DNA from: Candidatus Nitrosopumilus koreensis AR1
GTDB taxonomy: Archaea; Thermoproteota; Nitrososphaeria; Nitrososphaerales; Nitrosopumilaceae
Length of the DNA: 32,000 nt
Assembly (NCBI RefSeq): GCF_000299365.1
Contig: NC_018655.1
Location: 420,001-452,000 of the forward strand
Direction: 5' to 3'
Within the stretch, counting starts at the first letter, position 1; every line of letters starts with the position of its first letter. This document shows positions 24,327-32,000 of this stretch, one piece after another. Both the position numbers and the translations under genes were made by a program. The notes beneath the pieces were generated by a model, which worked only from the letters and a program-made list of their open reading frames with translations, was not told where the DNA came from and searched no databases.

Positions 24327-24354
24327 TTAGCTCTGCCTATTTAGCTCTGCCTAT
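24327..24354. repeat. Exact 14-bp tandem direct repeat TTAGCTCTGCCTAT x2, immediately upstream of the suf promoter TATA box
   Basis: Read directly: 24327-24340 is identical to 24341-24354. Confidence 0.9.
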
Positions 24355-24367
24355 TTTTCCTCATGTA

Positions 24368-24378
24368 TTTATAATATA
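24368..24378 (+). promoter_or_regulatory. TATA box TTTATAATATA for the suf operon
   Basis: It is centred about 24 nt upstream of ATG 24396, consistent with a leaderless or near-leaderless sufB mRNA. Confidence 0.5.
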
Positions 24379-24395
24379 ACGGGGTTATTTTGCTC

Positions 24396-25796
24396 ATGGC
24401 AACTGAAAACCTTGACATGGATTATTCAAAATATGATTTTAAGGACTCTACAGAAATGTATGTCCACCTTAGCAAGAAAGGCCTGACTAAGGAAACAGTA
24501 ATTGGCATCAGCAAAATGAAAGATGAACCACAATGGATGCTTGATTTTAGATTACGTTCTTATGAAATTTTTATGAAAAAACCAATGCCAACTTGGGGTG
24601 GAGATCTCAGTGTCATTGATTTTCAAAATATCTATTATTATGCAAAAGCATCTGAGAAAACAGAAAAGAACTGGGATGATGTTCCAGCAGATGTCAAAAA
24701 CACTTTTGACAAATTAGGAATTCCAGAAGCTGAAAAGAAATTCTTGGCAGGTGTTGGGGCACAATACGAATCTGAAGTTGTATATCACAATCTAAGAGAA
24801 GACTTGCAAAAACAAGGTGTTCTCTTTTTGGATACTGATTCTGCTCTAAAAGAACATCCCGAAATTTTCAAAAAATATTTTGGAAAAATCATTCCTCCCG
24901 AGGATAACAAATTTGCAGCACTAAACAGTGCAGTTTGGAGTGGCGGTTCATTCATCTATGTGCCACCTGGTGTCAAAGTTGACATGCCCCTACAAGCATA
25001 CTTTAGAATTAATGCCGAAAACATTGGTCAATTTGAAAGAACATTGATCATTGTGGATGAAGGTGCAGATGTACACTATATTGAAGGATGTACTGCTCCT
25101 GTTTACTCTTCAGAGTCATTACACTCTGCAGTTGTTGAACTAGTTGCACACAAAGATGCACATCTAAGATATACAACAATTCAGAACTGGAGTAACGATG
25201 TTTACAATCTTGTAACAAAACGAGCTTATGCATATGAAGGTGCAACTGTTGAATGGATTGATGGAAACATTGGAAGCAAACTTACAATGAAATATCCTGG
25301 TGTCTATCTTATGGGCGAACGTGCACATGGTGAAACATTATCCATTGCATTTGCAGGCAAAGGTCAACACCAAGATACAGGTGCAAAAATGGTTCATTTG
25401 GCACCAAATACAACCTCTAAAATTACCTCCAAATCTGTAAGTAGATTGGATGGACGTTCCACTTACAGAGGATTGCTTAATGTAGCAAAAGGAGCTACTA
25501 ATGTAAAATCTACTGTAAGATGTGATGCACTACTATTAGACGATACATCAAAAACTGATACATATCCATACATGGAAATTAATCAGGAAGATGCTACAAT
25601 CACTCATGAAGCAACAGTTGGAAAAATTGGTGATGAACAAATCTTCTATCTTATGAGCAGAGGATTTTCTGAGGAAGAAGCATTGTCCTTAATCGTTAAT
25701 GGTTTCATGGAACCATTTACCAAAGAACTTCCAATGGAATATGCGGTAGAACTAAACAGACTCATCAAACTAGAGATGGACGACTCTGTGGGATAA
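24396..25796 (+). CDS. sufB: Fe-S cluster assembly scaffold SufB
   Basis: Strong SufB-like sequence throughout (e.g. [37 protein letters not shown]). ATG 24396 is preferred over track TTG 24390. Confidence 0.95.
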   Translation: MATENLDMDYSKYDFKDSTEMYVHLSKKGLTKETVIGISKMKDEPQWMLDFRLRSYEIFMKKPMPTWGGDLSVIDFQNIYYYAKASEKTEKNWDDVPADVKNTFDKLGIPEAEKKFLAGVGAQYESEVVYHNLREDLQKQGVLFLDTDSALKEHPEIFKKYFGKIIPPEDNKFAALNSAVWSGGSFIYVPPGVKVDMPLQAYFRINAENIGQFERTLIIVDEGADVHYIEGCTAPVYSSESLHSAVVELVAHKDAHLRYTTIQNWSNDVYNLVTKRAYAYEGATVEWIDGNIGSKLTMKYPGVYLMGERAHGETLSIAFAGKGQHQDTGAKMVHLAPNTTSKITSKSVSRLDGRSTYRGLLNVAKGATNVKSTVRCDALLLDDTSKTDTYPYMEINQEDATITHEATVGKIGDEQIFYLMSRGFSEEEALSLIVNGFMEPFTKELPMEYAVELNRLIKLEMDDSVG

Positions 25797-25821
25797 ACTC
25801 CAATTTTCATTTTGATTAAAC

Positions 25822-27219
25822 ATGTCTCAAACACTTTCCAAATTAGATACAAGTCACATTGATGAAATTTCTTCATCATATAATGAACCTGATTGGCTAA
25901 AAAATTACAGGAAAGACTCTTTGTCTGTTTATGACAGTCTTCCAATTGAACTATCTCCTCTTTACAATAAGTATACTGATGCAAAAAAAATGGATCCTGA
26001 AAAAGTTTCATTGTCTGCATCAACTGCACAAACCACACCTTCTTTTCTTCAAAAAAGATTGGGCGAACTTGAAAACGAAATTTGCATTATCCAAATTGGC
26101 ACACACATAACTAAAATCAACCTACCTGAAGATCTAAAATCAAAAGGATTGGTAATCTCTTCTATTTCTGATGCAATTGCAAACAATTCCGAACTAGTCA
26201 AAAAAGCACTAGAATCATCAAAATCTCAAGATGATAAATTCACTGCCTTAAACAATGCAGCCTTTAACTCAGGTATATTCATCCACATTCCACGTAATTT
26301 GATTCTAGAAAAACCAATTCATTTCTTATCTTGCTTGTCTGATGATGGGCTCTCAGTAATATCTAGGAACATCATTTTTGCTGATGAAAGCAGCAAAGCA
26401 ACAGTTGTCCAAGAACTATATTCTCCAAAATCTGATTCTCAACAAGCATATCTGGAATTACTCAACACCAATGTTGCAGCAAATGCGCAACTTGATGTTA
26501 CCACATTACAAATGATTGATCAACATGCAGTTAACTTTTCTACACGAAGAACTGATCTTGCACAAGATGCAAAAATAAACTGGTATTCTGGACTCTTTGG
26601 TTCAATGCTGTCCAGATACAAAATTGACTATTTCCTAAATGGAACAGGTGCATCATCAAATGATTCAGAAGTTGTATTTGGAAATAATGAACAGTCATTT
26701 GACATTCAAACAAATGTGAATCATGAGAGTCCTGCAACTGAGGGGCGTGTAGTTGAAAAATCAATCCTTAGAAACAAATCAAAATCTTTGTTCAAAGGTA
26801 TGATTCGAATTAAAGAAAAGGCTGTCAAATCAAACTCTTTTTTGTCTGGCCGTTCAATTCTGTTGGATAAAGATGCAAAATCTGATGCAATTCCTGGACT
26901 TGAAATTTTCACAAATGATGTTAAAGCAACACACTCTGCATCAGTAGCTCAAATTGATGAAGAACAAGTATTCTACTTGAAAACAAGATGTCTAAGCCAT
27001 GAAGAAGCTGAAAGAACTATTGTTGAAGGATTTTTGGAACCACTTTCAAGAAAGATGTCTTACCAAGTCAGGGCATGGATTGCTTATCTTATTGAATCTA
27101 AATGGGAAAACCGTGAACTTACTGTCAATACTGATGAAGAACTAACCAAATTTGTTGAAGTAGAAGAAACACGTTACAACGAAGATGCTGAAATAGAACA
27201 ACACTACAAGTATAGGTGA
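25822..27219 (+). CDS. sufD: Fe-S cluster assembly protein SufD
   Basis: A SufB/SufD-family C-terminal region (LSGRSILLDKDAKSDAIPGLEIFTNDVKATHSASVAQIDEEQVFYLKTR) following sufB. Confidence 0.9.
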   Translation: MSQTLSKLDTSHIDEISSSYNEPDWLKNYRKDSLSVYDSLPIELSPLYNKYTDAKKMDPEKVSLSASTAQTTPSFLQKRLGELENEICIIQIGTHITKINLPEDLKSKGLVISSISDAIANNSELVKKALESSKSQDDKFTALNNAAFNSGIFIHIPRNLILEKPIHFLSCLSDDGLSVISRNIIFADESSKATVVQELYSPKSDSQQAYLELLNTNVAANAQLDVTTLQMIDQHAVNFSTRRTDLAQDAKINWYSGLFGSMLSRYKIDYFLNGTGASSNDSEVVFGNNEQSFDIQTNVNHESPATEGRVVEKSILRNKSKSLFKGMIRIKEKAVKSNSFLSGRSILLDKDAKSDAIPGLEIFTNDVKATHSASVAQIDEEQVFYLKTRCLSHEEAERTIVEGFLEPLSRKMSYQVRAWIAYLIESKWENRELTVNTDEELTKFVEVEETRYNEDAEIEQHYKYR

Positions 27220-27533
27220 TTTTTTTGTCTGAATGGATAAAGGTCTGTAATATAGATCAAGTAAAAGAAGGACAACTTTTTGGATTTACGCATGATGAAA
27301 AAAAAATTCTTTTAGCAAATTTAAAGGGAAAAATCCATGCAACAGATCTAATTTGTACTCATGCTGATGCTGATCTTTCAACTGGATTTCTAAGTGATGA
27401 AGGTGTACGATGTCCATTACATCTCTCTGTTTTCAACTTAGAGAGTGGTGAACCTCAAAACCTTCCTGCTGAAACACCTCTAAAAGTATACAATGTTAAA
27501 ATAGACGACAGCGAAATTTACGTGGAGGTTTAA
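27216..27533 (+). CDS. Rieske [2Fe-2S] ferredoxin-like protein
   Basis: The motif pair CTH...CPLH (C-x-H ... C-x-x-H), 105 aa. A GTG start overlaps the sufD stop. Confidence 0.85.
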   Translation: MIFLSEWIKVCNIDQVKEGQLFGFTHDEKKILLANLKGKIHATDLICTHADADLSTGFLSDEGVRCPLHLSVFNLESGEPQNLPAETPLKVYNVKIDDSEIYVEV

Positions 27534-27536
27534 GAT

Positions 27537-28781
27537 ATGCAAAGTGTAGAATCAACTTTTGAAAATTTAAGAAAAGATTTCCCTATACTTACAAGAACTG
27601 TTAGAGATAACAAACACTTAGTTTATCTTGATAATGCATCTACTACACAAAAACCAAATCAAGTAATTGATGCTATTACTGATTATTATCAAAACCATAA
27701 TGCAAATATCCATAGAGCAGTTTATGCTCTAGCTGAAGAAGCAACAGAAGCTTATGAAGAAGCTAGAGATAAGATTGCAAATTTTGTTAACATTAAAGAT
27801 CGACAGGAGATAATCTTTGTTAGAGGAACAACTGAAGCAATTAATCTAGTTGCATATGCATGGGGAAGGACTCACATCAATGAAGGGGATATTATTGTCA
27901 CTACTGAATATGAACACCATAGCAATATCGTTCCATGGCAACTTCTTACACAAGAAAAACGTGCAAAATTAGAATATATTGGAATGGATGATAATGGTGA
28001 ACTGATTTTGGATGATCTTGACAAACTTTTGGCAACAGGCAAAGTAAAACTTGTAACATTTAGTTTGATGTCAAATGTACTTGGTACAATCACTGATGCT
28101 CCAAAAATTATTGAAAAATGTAAAGCAGCAGGTGTTCTTACATTAATTGATGGAGCTCAAGCAGTACCTCACATGAAAGTTGACCTTGAACAATTAGGAT
28201 GTGACTTTTTTGCATTTTCTGGCCATAAAATGTTAGGTCCGACTGGAATTGGTGTATTATGGGTTAGAAAATCTGTGCTTAATACTATGAGTCCATTTCA
28301 TGGTGGTGGTGATATGATTCGTGAGGTCCACAAATATGAAACAACTTGGAATGATTTGCCTTACAAATTTGAGGCAGGAACTCCAAACATTGCTGATGTT
28401 GTAGGTCTTGGAGCCGCAATTGACTATCTCACAAAAATTGGAATGGATAATATCCGTGAACATGAAATCGAACTAACAAAATATGCTATTGAGAAATTAT
28501 CTCAAGTTAAGGGACTTCACATCTATGGCACTAAAGATATTTCAAAACGTGGTGGTGTAATCTCATTTAATTTTGCAGATGTGCATCCACATGATGTGGC
28601 CCAAATTATTGATGAAGAGGGAATTGCAGTACGATCTGGCCATCATTGTGCGCAAGTGTTAATGGAGAGACTAAATGTTGCAGCTACATCCAGAGCAAGT
28701 TTTTACATTTACAACACTAAAGAAGATATTGATGTACTTGTTAATTCATTAAATACGGTGGCAAAGGTGTTCAAGTTATGA
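27537..28781 (+). CDS. sufS: Cysteine desulfurase SufS (class II)
   Basis: YLDNASTTQKP, SGHKMLGPTGIG (PLP Lys), RSGHHCAQ (catalytic Cys loop). Confidence 0.95.
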   Translation: MQSVESTFENLRKDFPILTRTVRDNKHLVYLDNASTTQKPNQVIDAITDYYQNHNANIHRAVYALAEEATEAYEEARDKIANFVNIKDRQEIIFVRGTTEAINLVAYAWGRTHINEGDIIVTTEYEHHSNIVPWQLLTQEKRAKLEYIGMDDNGELILDDLDKLLATGKVKLVTFSLMSNVLGTITDAPKIIEKCKAAGVLTLIDGAQAVPHMKVDLEQLGCDFFAFSGHKMLGPTGIGVLWVRKSVLNTMSPFHGGGDMIREVHKYETTWNDLPYKFEAGTPNIADVVGLGAAIDYLTKIGMDNIREHEIELTKYAIEKLSQVKGLHIYGTKDISKRGGVISFNFADVHPHDVAQIIDEEGIAVRSGHHCAQVLMERLNVAATSRASFYIYNTKEDIDVLVNSLNTVAKVFKL

Positions 28782-29221
28782 GTAGTAATGCTGACATTTA
28801 CCATGAAATGATTGTGGATTATTCAAGAAATCCAATTAACTATGGAAAAATTGAGAATCACGATGTTACTTTTCATGATTCAAACCCCTTATGCGGTGAT
28901 AGTATTGACATTGATATGAAAATTGATGACAACAAGGTTACTGATATCAAATTTCATGGTAAGGGATGTGCAATTTGCATGGCATGTTCTTCTGTTCTGA
29001 CTGAAATTACCAAAGGAAAAAGTATTGAGGATGTAAGAAAAATTGAAAAAAATGATGTCTTAAGTGAATTGGGTCTTGAACATCTTCAGGCGGTCCGAAT
29101 AAAATGTGCCTTATTGTCTCTTAAGGTGCTTAAATCTGCTCTTTATACCTACATTGGAAAACATCTTGAAAACTCAGAAGATGTGGACAAACTAAAAGAA
29201 GAGGCAGCAAATCTGTACTAG
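28778..29221 (+). CDS. sufU: SufU/IscU-like sulfur-transfer or scaffold protein
   Basis: NPLCGD, GKGCAICMACSS, and a C-terminal KCALL motif. ATGA overlap with sufS. Confidence 0.9.
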   Translation: MSSNADIYHEMIVDYSRNPINYGKIENHDVTFHDSNPLCGDSIDIDMKIDDNKVTDIKFHGKGCAICMACSSVLTEITKGKSIEDVRKIEKNDVLSELGLEHLQAVRIKCALLSLKVLKSALYTYIGKHLENSEDVDKLKEEAANLY

Positions 29222-29222
29222 T

Positions 29223-29567
29223 ATGAGTTTTACTCCTAATGTTCCAGTTGAACTTCAAATAAGAAAGATAATTTTTGAAAAATTTAATGAAGTTGACACA
29301 ATTTTTACAAACGATTCCATTTTTGAGATTCTTAAAACAAATGGTGACATTAATCCTTCTTGGATAATTGATGATATTGAATCTTTTATCAATGAACTTT
29401 GTGCGTCTGGTCTTGCAAGAAACGTTGCACAAAATTTCACAACAATTCATCTAAAACTATTTGATACTGTTGAAAAACTTCACTGCAATGCTTGTGGCCA
29501 AGATGTCTTTCTTGGAAAATCTGAAGACCGAATTTGCCCAAACTCTTCGTGTAAATCTACTATTTAG
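29223..29567 (+). CDS. Hypothetical protein with C-terminal zinc ribbon (CNACG...CPNSSC), last gene of the suf transcription unit
   Basis: It starts 1 nt after the sufU stop. 114 aa. Confidence 0.6.
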   Translation: MSFTPNVPVELQIRKIIFEKFNEVDTIFTNDSIFEILKTNGDINPSWIIDDIESFINELCASGLARNVAQNFTTIHLKLFDTVEKLHCNACGQDVFLGKSEDRICPNSSCKSTI

Positions 29568-30786
29568 ATTGGTATTTTATTCTGGCATCTTCAAGTGCTT
29601 TTATCATTGGTAATTTTTCTCCTGTAAGATAAAGTACTAATGCTCCACCTGCCGTACTGATATGATTGATTTTGTCTGCCAAGCCTTGTTGTTTTAATGC
29701 AGTTGTCAGGTGACCTCCACTAACAATTGTAGTTGCCATTGAATTTGCAACTGCAGTCAGTAGTGCCTTTGTACCATAGCTGAAATTCTCTTTCTCAAAA
29801 AATCCTGCTGGGCCGCTGATAAATACAGTTCCGGCACCTGCAATTAATTTTGAATAATATTCGACAGTTTTTGGACCTAAATCAAAAATCTTATCTCCTT
29901 TGCCCATCTCTCTTACATCCATCTCTACTCTTTCACCATCTTTGTCAATTGCAATATCTACTGGTGTTGCAAACACATCTGGATATTCACCTATCAATGT
30001 GTGAGCTTTTGCAACCACTTCTTCTTCTCTTTTTATTCCAAGCGGAGATTTTACTCTGGCTTGTGCACGCATGAACACATTTCCTATCAATCCTGTTAAC
30101 AAGACATGATCTGCACGTCCATTTTGAATGAGTAATTTGATTGCCTCAAGTCTGTCTGGTACTTTAGATCCTCCAAGAACTATCACATGAGGCGCTTTAG
30201 CTACAGTCATGATTTCATCTAGGTTTCGAACCTCTCTTTCAACAATTCTTCCTGCACATGCAGGTAATACTTGTGGAAAACCAACAATTGATGGGTGTGA
30301 TCTGTGAGCACTAGGAAATGAATCTAATACACAAAGATCAAATAGTTTGGCCAAGCGTGTCACCATTATTGTTTTTGCTGCATTCTCTGGTGTAAACTCG
30401 TAGTTTTCTTCTGCACATAATCTGAGATTATCTAAAAGTAGAATGTCTCCATTTTCTAAATTCTTAATTGCATTTTGTGCAGCTTCTCCAATTACATCTT
30501 CGACATATTTTATTTTACGATTCATCAATTTTTCAAGAACTTTTGCATGTTTGTCCATACCGGTATAATCATTATTTCCAACTCTTCCTTGGTGTGATGC
30601 AACTACTACTTTGGATTCCTTTAGTGATTGTAATGTTTCAATAGCTTCTTCAATTCTTTTAGTGCCTGAAATCTCCATTGTTTCTGGATCAATTGGACAA
30701 TTCATGTCGACCCTCAAAAAAACAGTTTTACCTTTTAAGTCAAAATCGTCTAGTGTGAGTACCTTCACGCCTTTTCTATTATCCAC
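29560..30786 (-). CDS. pgk: Phosphoglycerate kinase
   Basis: FLRVDMNCP, LGGSKVPDRL, STAGGA. Typical archaeal Pgk length. Confidence 0.95.
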   Translation of the reverse strand: MDNRKGVKVLTLDDFDLKGKTVFLRVDMNCPIDPETMEISGTKRIEEAIETLQSLKESKVVVASHQGRVGNNDYTGMDKHAKVLEKLMNRKIKYVEDVIGEAAQNAIKNLENGDILLLDNLRLCAEENYEFTPENAAKTIMVTRLAKLFDLCVLDSFPSAHRSHPSIVGFPQVLPACAGRIVEREVRNLDEIMTVAKAPHVIVLGGSKVPDRLEAIKLLIQNGRADHVLLTGLIGNVFMRAQARVKSPLGIKREEEVVAKAHTLIGEYPDVFATPVDIAIDKDGERVEMDVREMGKGDKIFDLGPKTVEYYSKLIAGAGTVFISGPAGFFEKENFSYGTKALLTAVANSMATTIVSGGHLTTALKQQGLADKINHISTAGGALVLYLTGEKLPMIKALEDARIKYQSK

Positions 30787-30903
30787 TTGGTTAAATTCTT
30801 TGAGCCGATCAGAATTATTTTATCAATTCCTTTTCAACAACAATGATTTCCAAAACTTATCTATTGACAAAAATTAAAAGATGCATACATGGAGTTTGAT
30901 TGA

Positions 30904-31572
30904 TTGCAAAACTGGCTTTTTGATATTAGGTCTCGCTCATTTGTATTACTGACAATTTTATTTTTAATTCTAACTGGATTTGTCTATTCGGGAATCACAG
31001 ACAGCTTTGATCAAAGTGTTGTTTTATTTTTCTCTCAAAATATTGGAAATCCAACTCTTGACATTGTAATGCAGTATGTTACAGAAAGTGGTGATGTCTT
31101 TAACATGCTAATGTTTGGAATTCTGATGTTAATTATTCCTAAAACTCGAAGAATTGGAATTACCTTAATGATTCTAATTGTGTTGTCTACTCTTCTAACT
31201 GGCTACATAAAATGTGGAGTTGACCGTGACAGGCCTGATTTTGATTATGAGGGTGTAGAATTTCCTGTAGAAATCAGCCGCGATACTTTTGCCCTGTTCT
31301 GTGAAGGAGGATTTGATGCATCTTATCCATCTGGACATGCTGCTAGGTCTATGATATTTGGAATAATTTTAGGCTATGCATTATCTGAGAGATTCCCACG
31401 TGGGGCATATTTGATGTTCTTGTATCCTGTAATGATCTCTGTGAGCAGAATCTATGTTTTACAACATTATCCTATGGATGTGATAGGAGGGGCTGTCATT
31501 GGAATAATGCTTGCAGGTGTAATGGCAAATAGAACTAAACTCTATAAAATTTTTGAAAAATCAAAAACCTAA
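30904..31572 (+). CDS. PAP2-family membrane phosphatase
   Basis: The three PAP2 motifs KCGVDRDRP, PSGH and SRIYVLQHYPMD. A TTG start is needed to include the first TM helix. Confidence 0.85.
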   Translation: MQNWLFDIRSRSFVLLTILFLILTGFVYSGITDSFDQSVVLFFSQNIGNPTLDIVMQYVTESGDVFNMLMFGILMLIIPKTRRIGITLMILIVLSTLLTGYIKCGVDRDRPDFDYEGVEFPVEISRDTFALFCEGGFDASYPSGHAARSMIFGIILGYALSERFPRGAYLMFLYPVMISVSRIYVLQHYPMDVIGGAVIGIMLAGVMANRTKLYKIFEKSKT

Positions 31573-31890
31573 TTCTGTCAATGCTGAATTACTGATCAAA
31601 ACTATTGCATAGTGGTCATCATCATGATGATATGTCCAATACCTGACATCTCGGATTTCATTTTTTTGTCTTAATCCATGAGTTACCCCTGTTGTAACAG
31701 TGTATCCAATTCTTTTTGCTAATTTTGATTCTTTTGGCATCAAAACTCTGAATCCTTCCTTTTTATCTTGGAATCCGATTCTCACCATGTCTTCCACAGC
31801 ATTTGATGCTTCTTTTTCATCTTTTAGATCATATGTTTTAGAAATTGGCAAGTCTTTTGGATGAAAATCCATGATTATTATCAAATTCAT
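31561..31890 (-). CDS. Hypothetical protein (109 aa)
   Basis: ORF with protein-like composition. No recognisable motif. Confidence 0.5.
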   Translation of the reverse strand: MNLIIIMDFHPKDLPISKTYDLKDEKEASNAVEDMVRIGFQDKKEGFRVLMPKESKLAKRIGYTVTTGVTHGLRQKNEIRDVRYWTYHHDDDHYAIVLISNSALTELGF

Positions 31891-32000
31891 TGACTAATAT
31901 TTTTTAAAAAAATGATTTTGGCGATCAATATTAGTTAATTTTCTTAACTGGTAAGTCAAATCCTGATTATATTAACAACTTAATCGACTCTTTTGATTTG

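Noticed and set aside
25048-26912. Minus-strand ORFs inside sufB and sufD (25048..25245, 25646..26038, 26540..26764, 26721..26912)
   Set aside because: They are antisense to strongly conserved suf genes, so they are treated as shadow ORFs.
31893-31940. 9-bp inverted repeat ACTAATATT...AATATTAGT and the TTTTTTAAAAAAA palindrome at the window end
   Set aside because: Pure A/T inverted repeats of this size are expected by chance in this composition, and the downstream gene context is cut off by the window edge.
1-32000. CRISPR arrays, rRNA genes, additional tRNAs
   Set aside because: No regularly spaced 25-40-bp repeats, no rRNA-like conserved stretches and no further cloverleaf candidates were seen on manual reading. 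A tRNAscan/Infernal run would be needed to be definitive.

Overview
AT-rich archaeal chromosomal segment. Gene content and style suggest a marine ammonia-oxidising thaumarchaeon (Nitrosopumilus-like): a CCA-less tRNA, TATA boxes about 25 nt upstream of apparently leaderless genes, many secreted repeat proteins, and PiT/SbtA/Ars/Hem/Suf genes. This taxonomic call is inference only, with no database search. Layout: (i) 1-3272 is the visible part of an integrated element next to the 3' end of tRNA-Glu(CUC). It holds a 5'-truncated (GSGT)n-repeat protein, a candidate HEPN-like ORF, a small winged-helix ORF, a 470-bp non-coding field of ATCGAT/GATGGTAT iterons around an AT-rich core, and a tyrosine integrase with a zinc-ribbon/coiled-coil tail. 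(ii) 3348-15717 is an accessory-looking stretch. It holds a split ORF pair, two small Cys-rich ORFs missing from the ORF track (one metallothionein-like), a secreted protein with a duplicated Trp-rich C-terminal module, a frameshifted beta-propeller gene divergent from a membrane-anchored ArsR-type wHTH gene, an ABC-2 exporter, and a secreted protein made of three internal repeats. (iii) 15856-20337 is an oxyanion-handling cluster: DUF47/PhoU-like plus PiT phosphate transporter, SbtA/SbtB bicarbonate transporter pair, and arsR / arsC-aquaporin. (iv) 20360-24109 is hemL-hemC-SUMT-hemD. (v) 24396-29567 is a suf operon (sufB-sufD-Rieske-sufS-sufU-Zn-ribbon ORF) with no sufC. It is followed by pgk, a PAP2 phosphatase and a hypothetical gene. 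The best leads are the iteron field, the metallothionein-like mini-ORF, a 14-nt palindromic TATA-containing box shared by two promoters, frameshift junctions at A8 runs, and the aquaporin-type ars module. No CRISPR array, rRNA or recognisable known defence system was seen.
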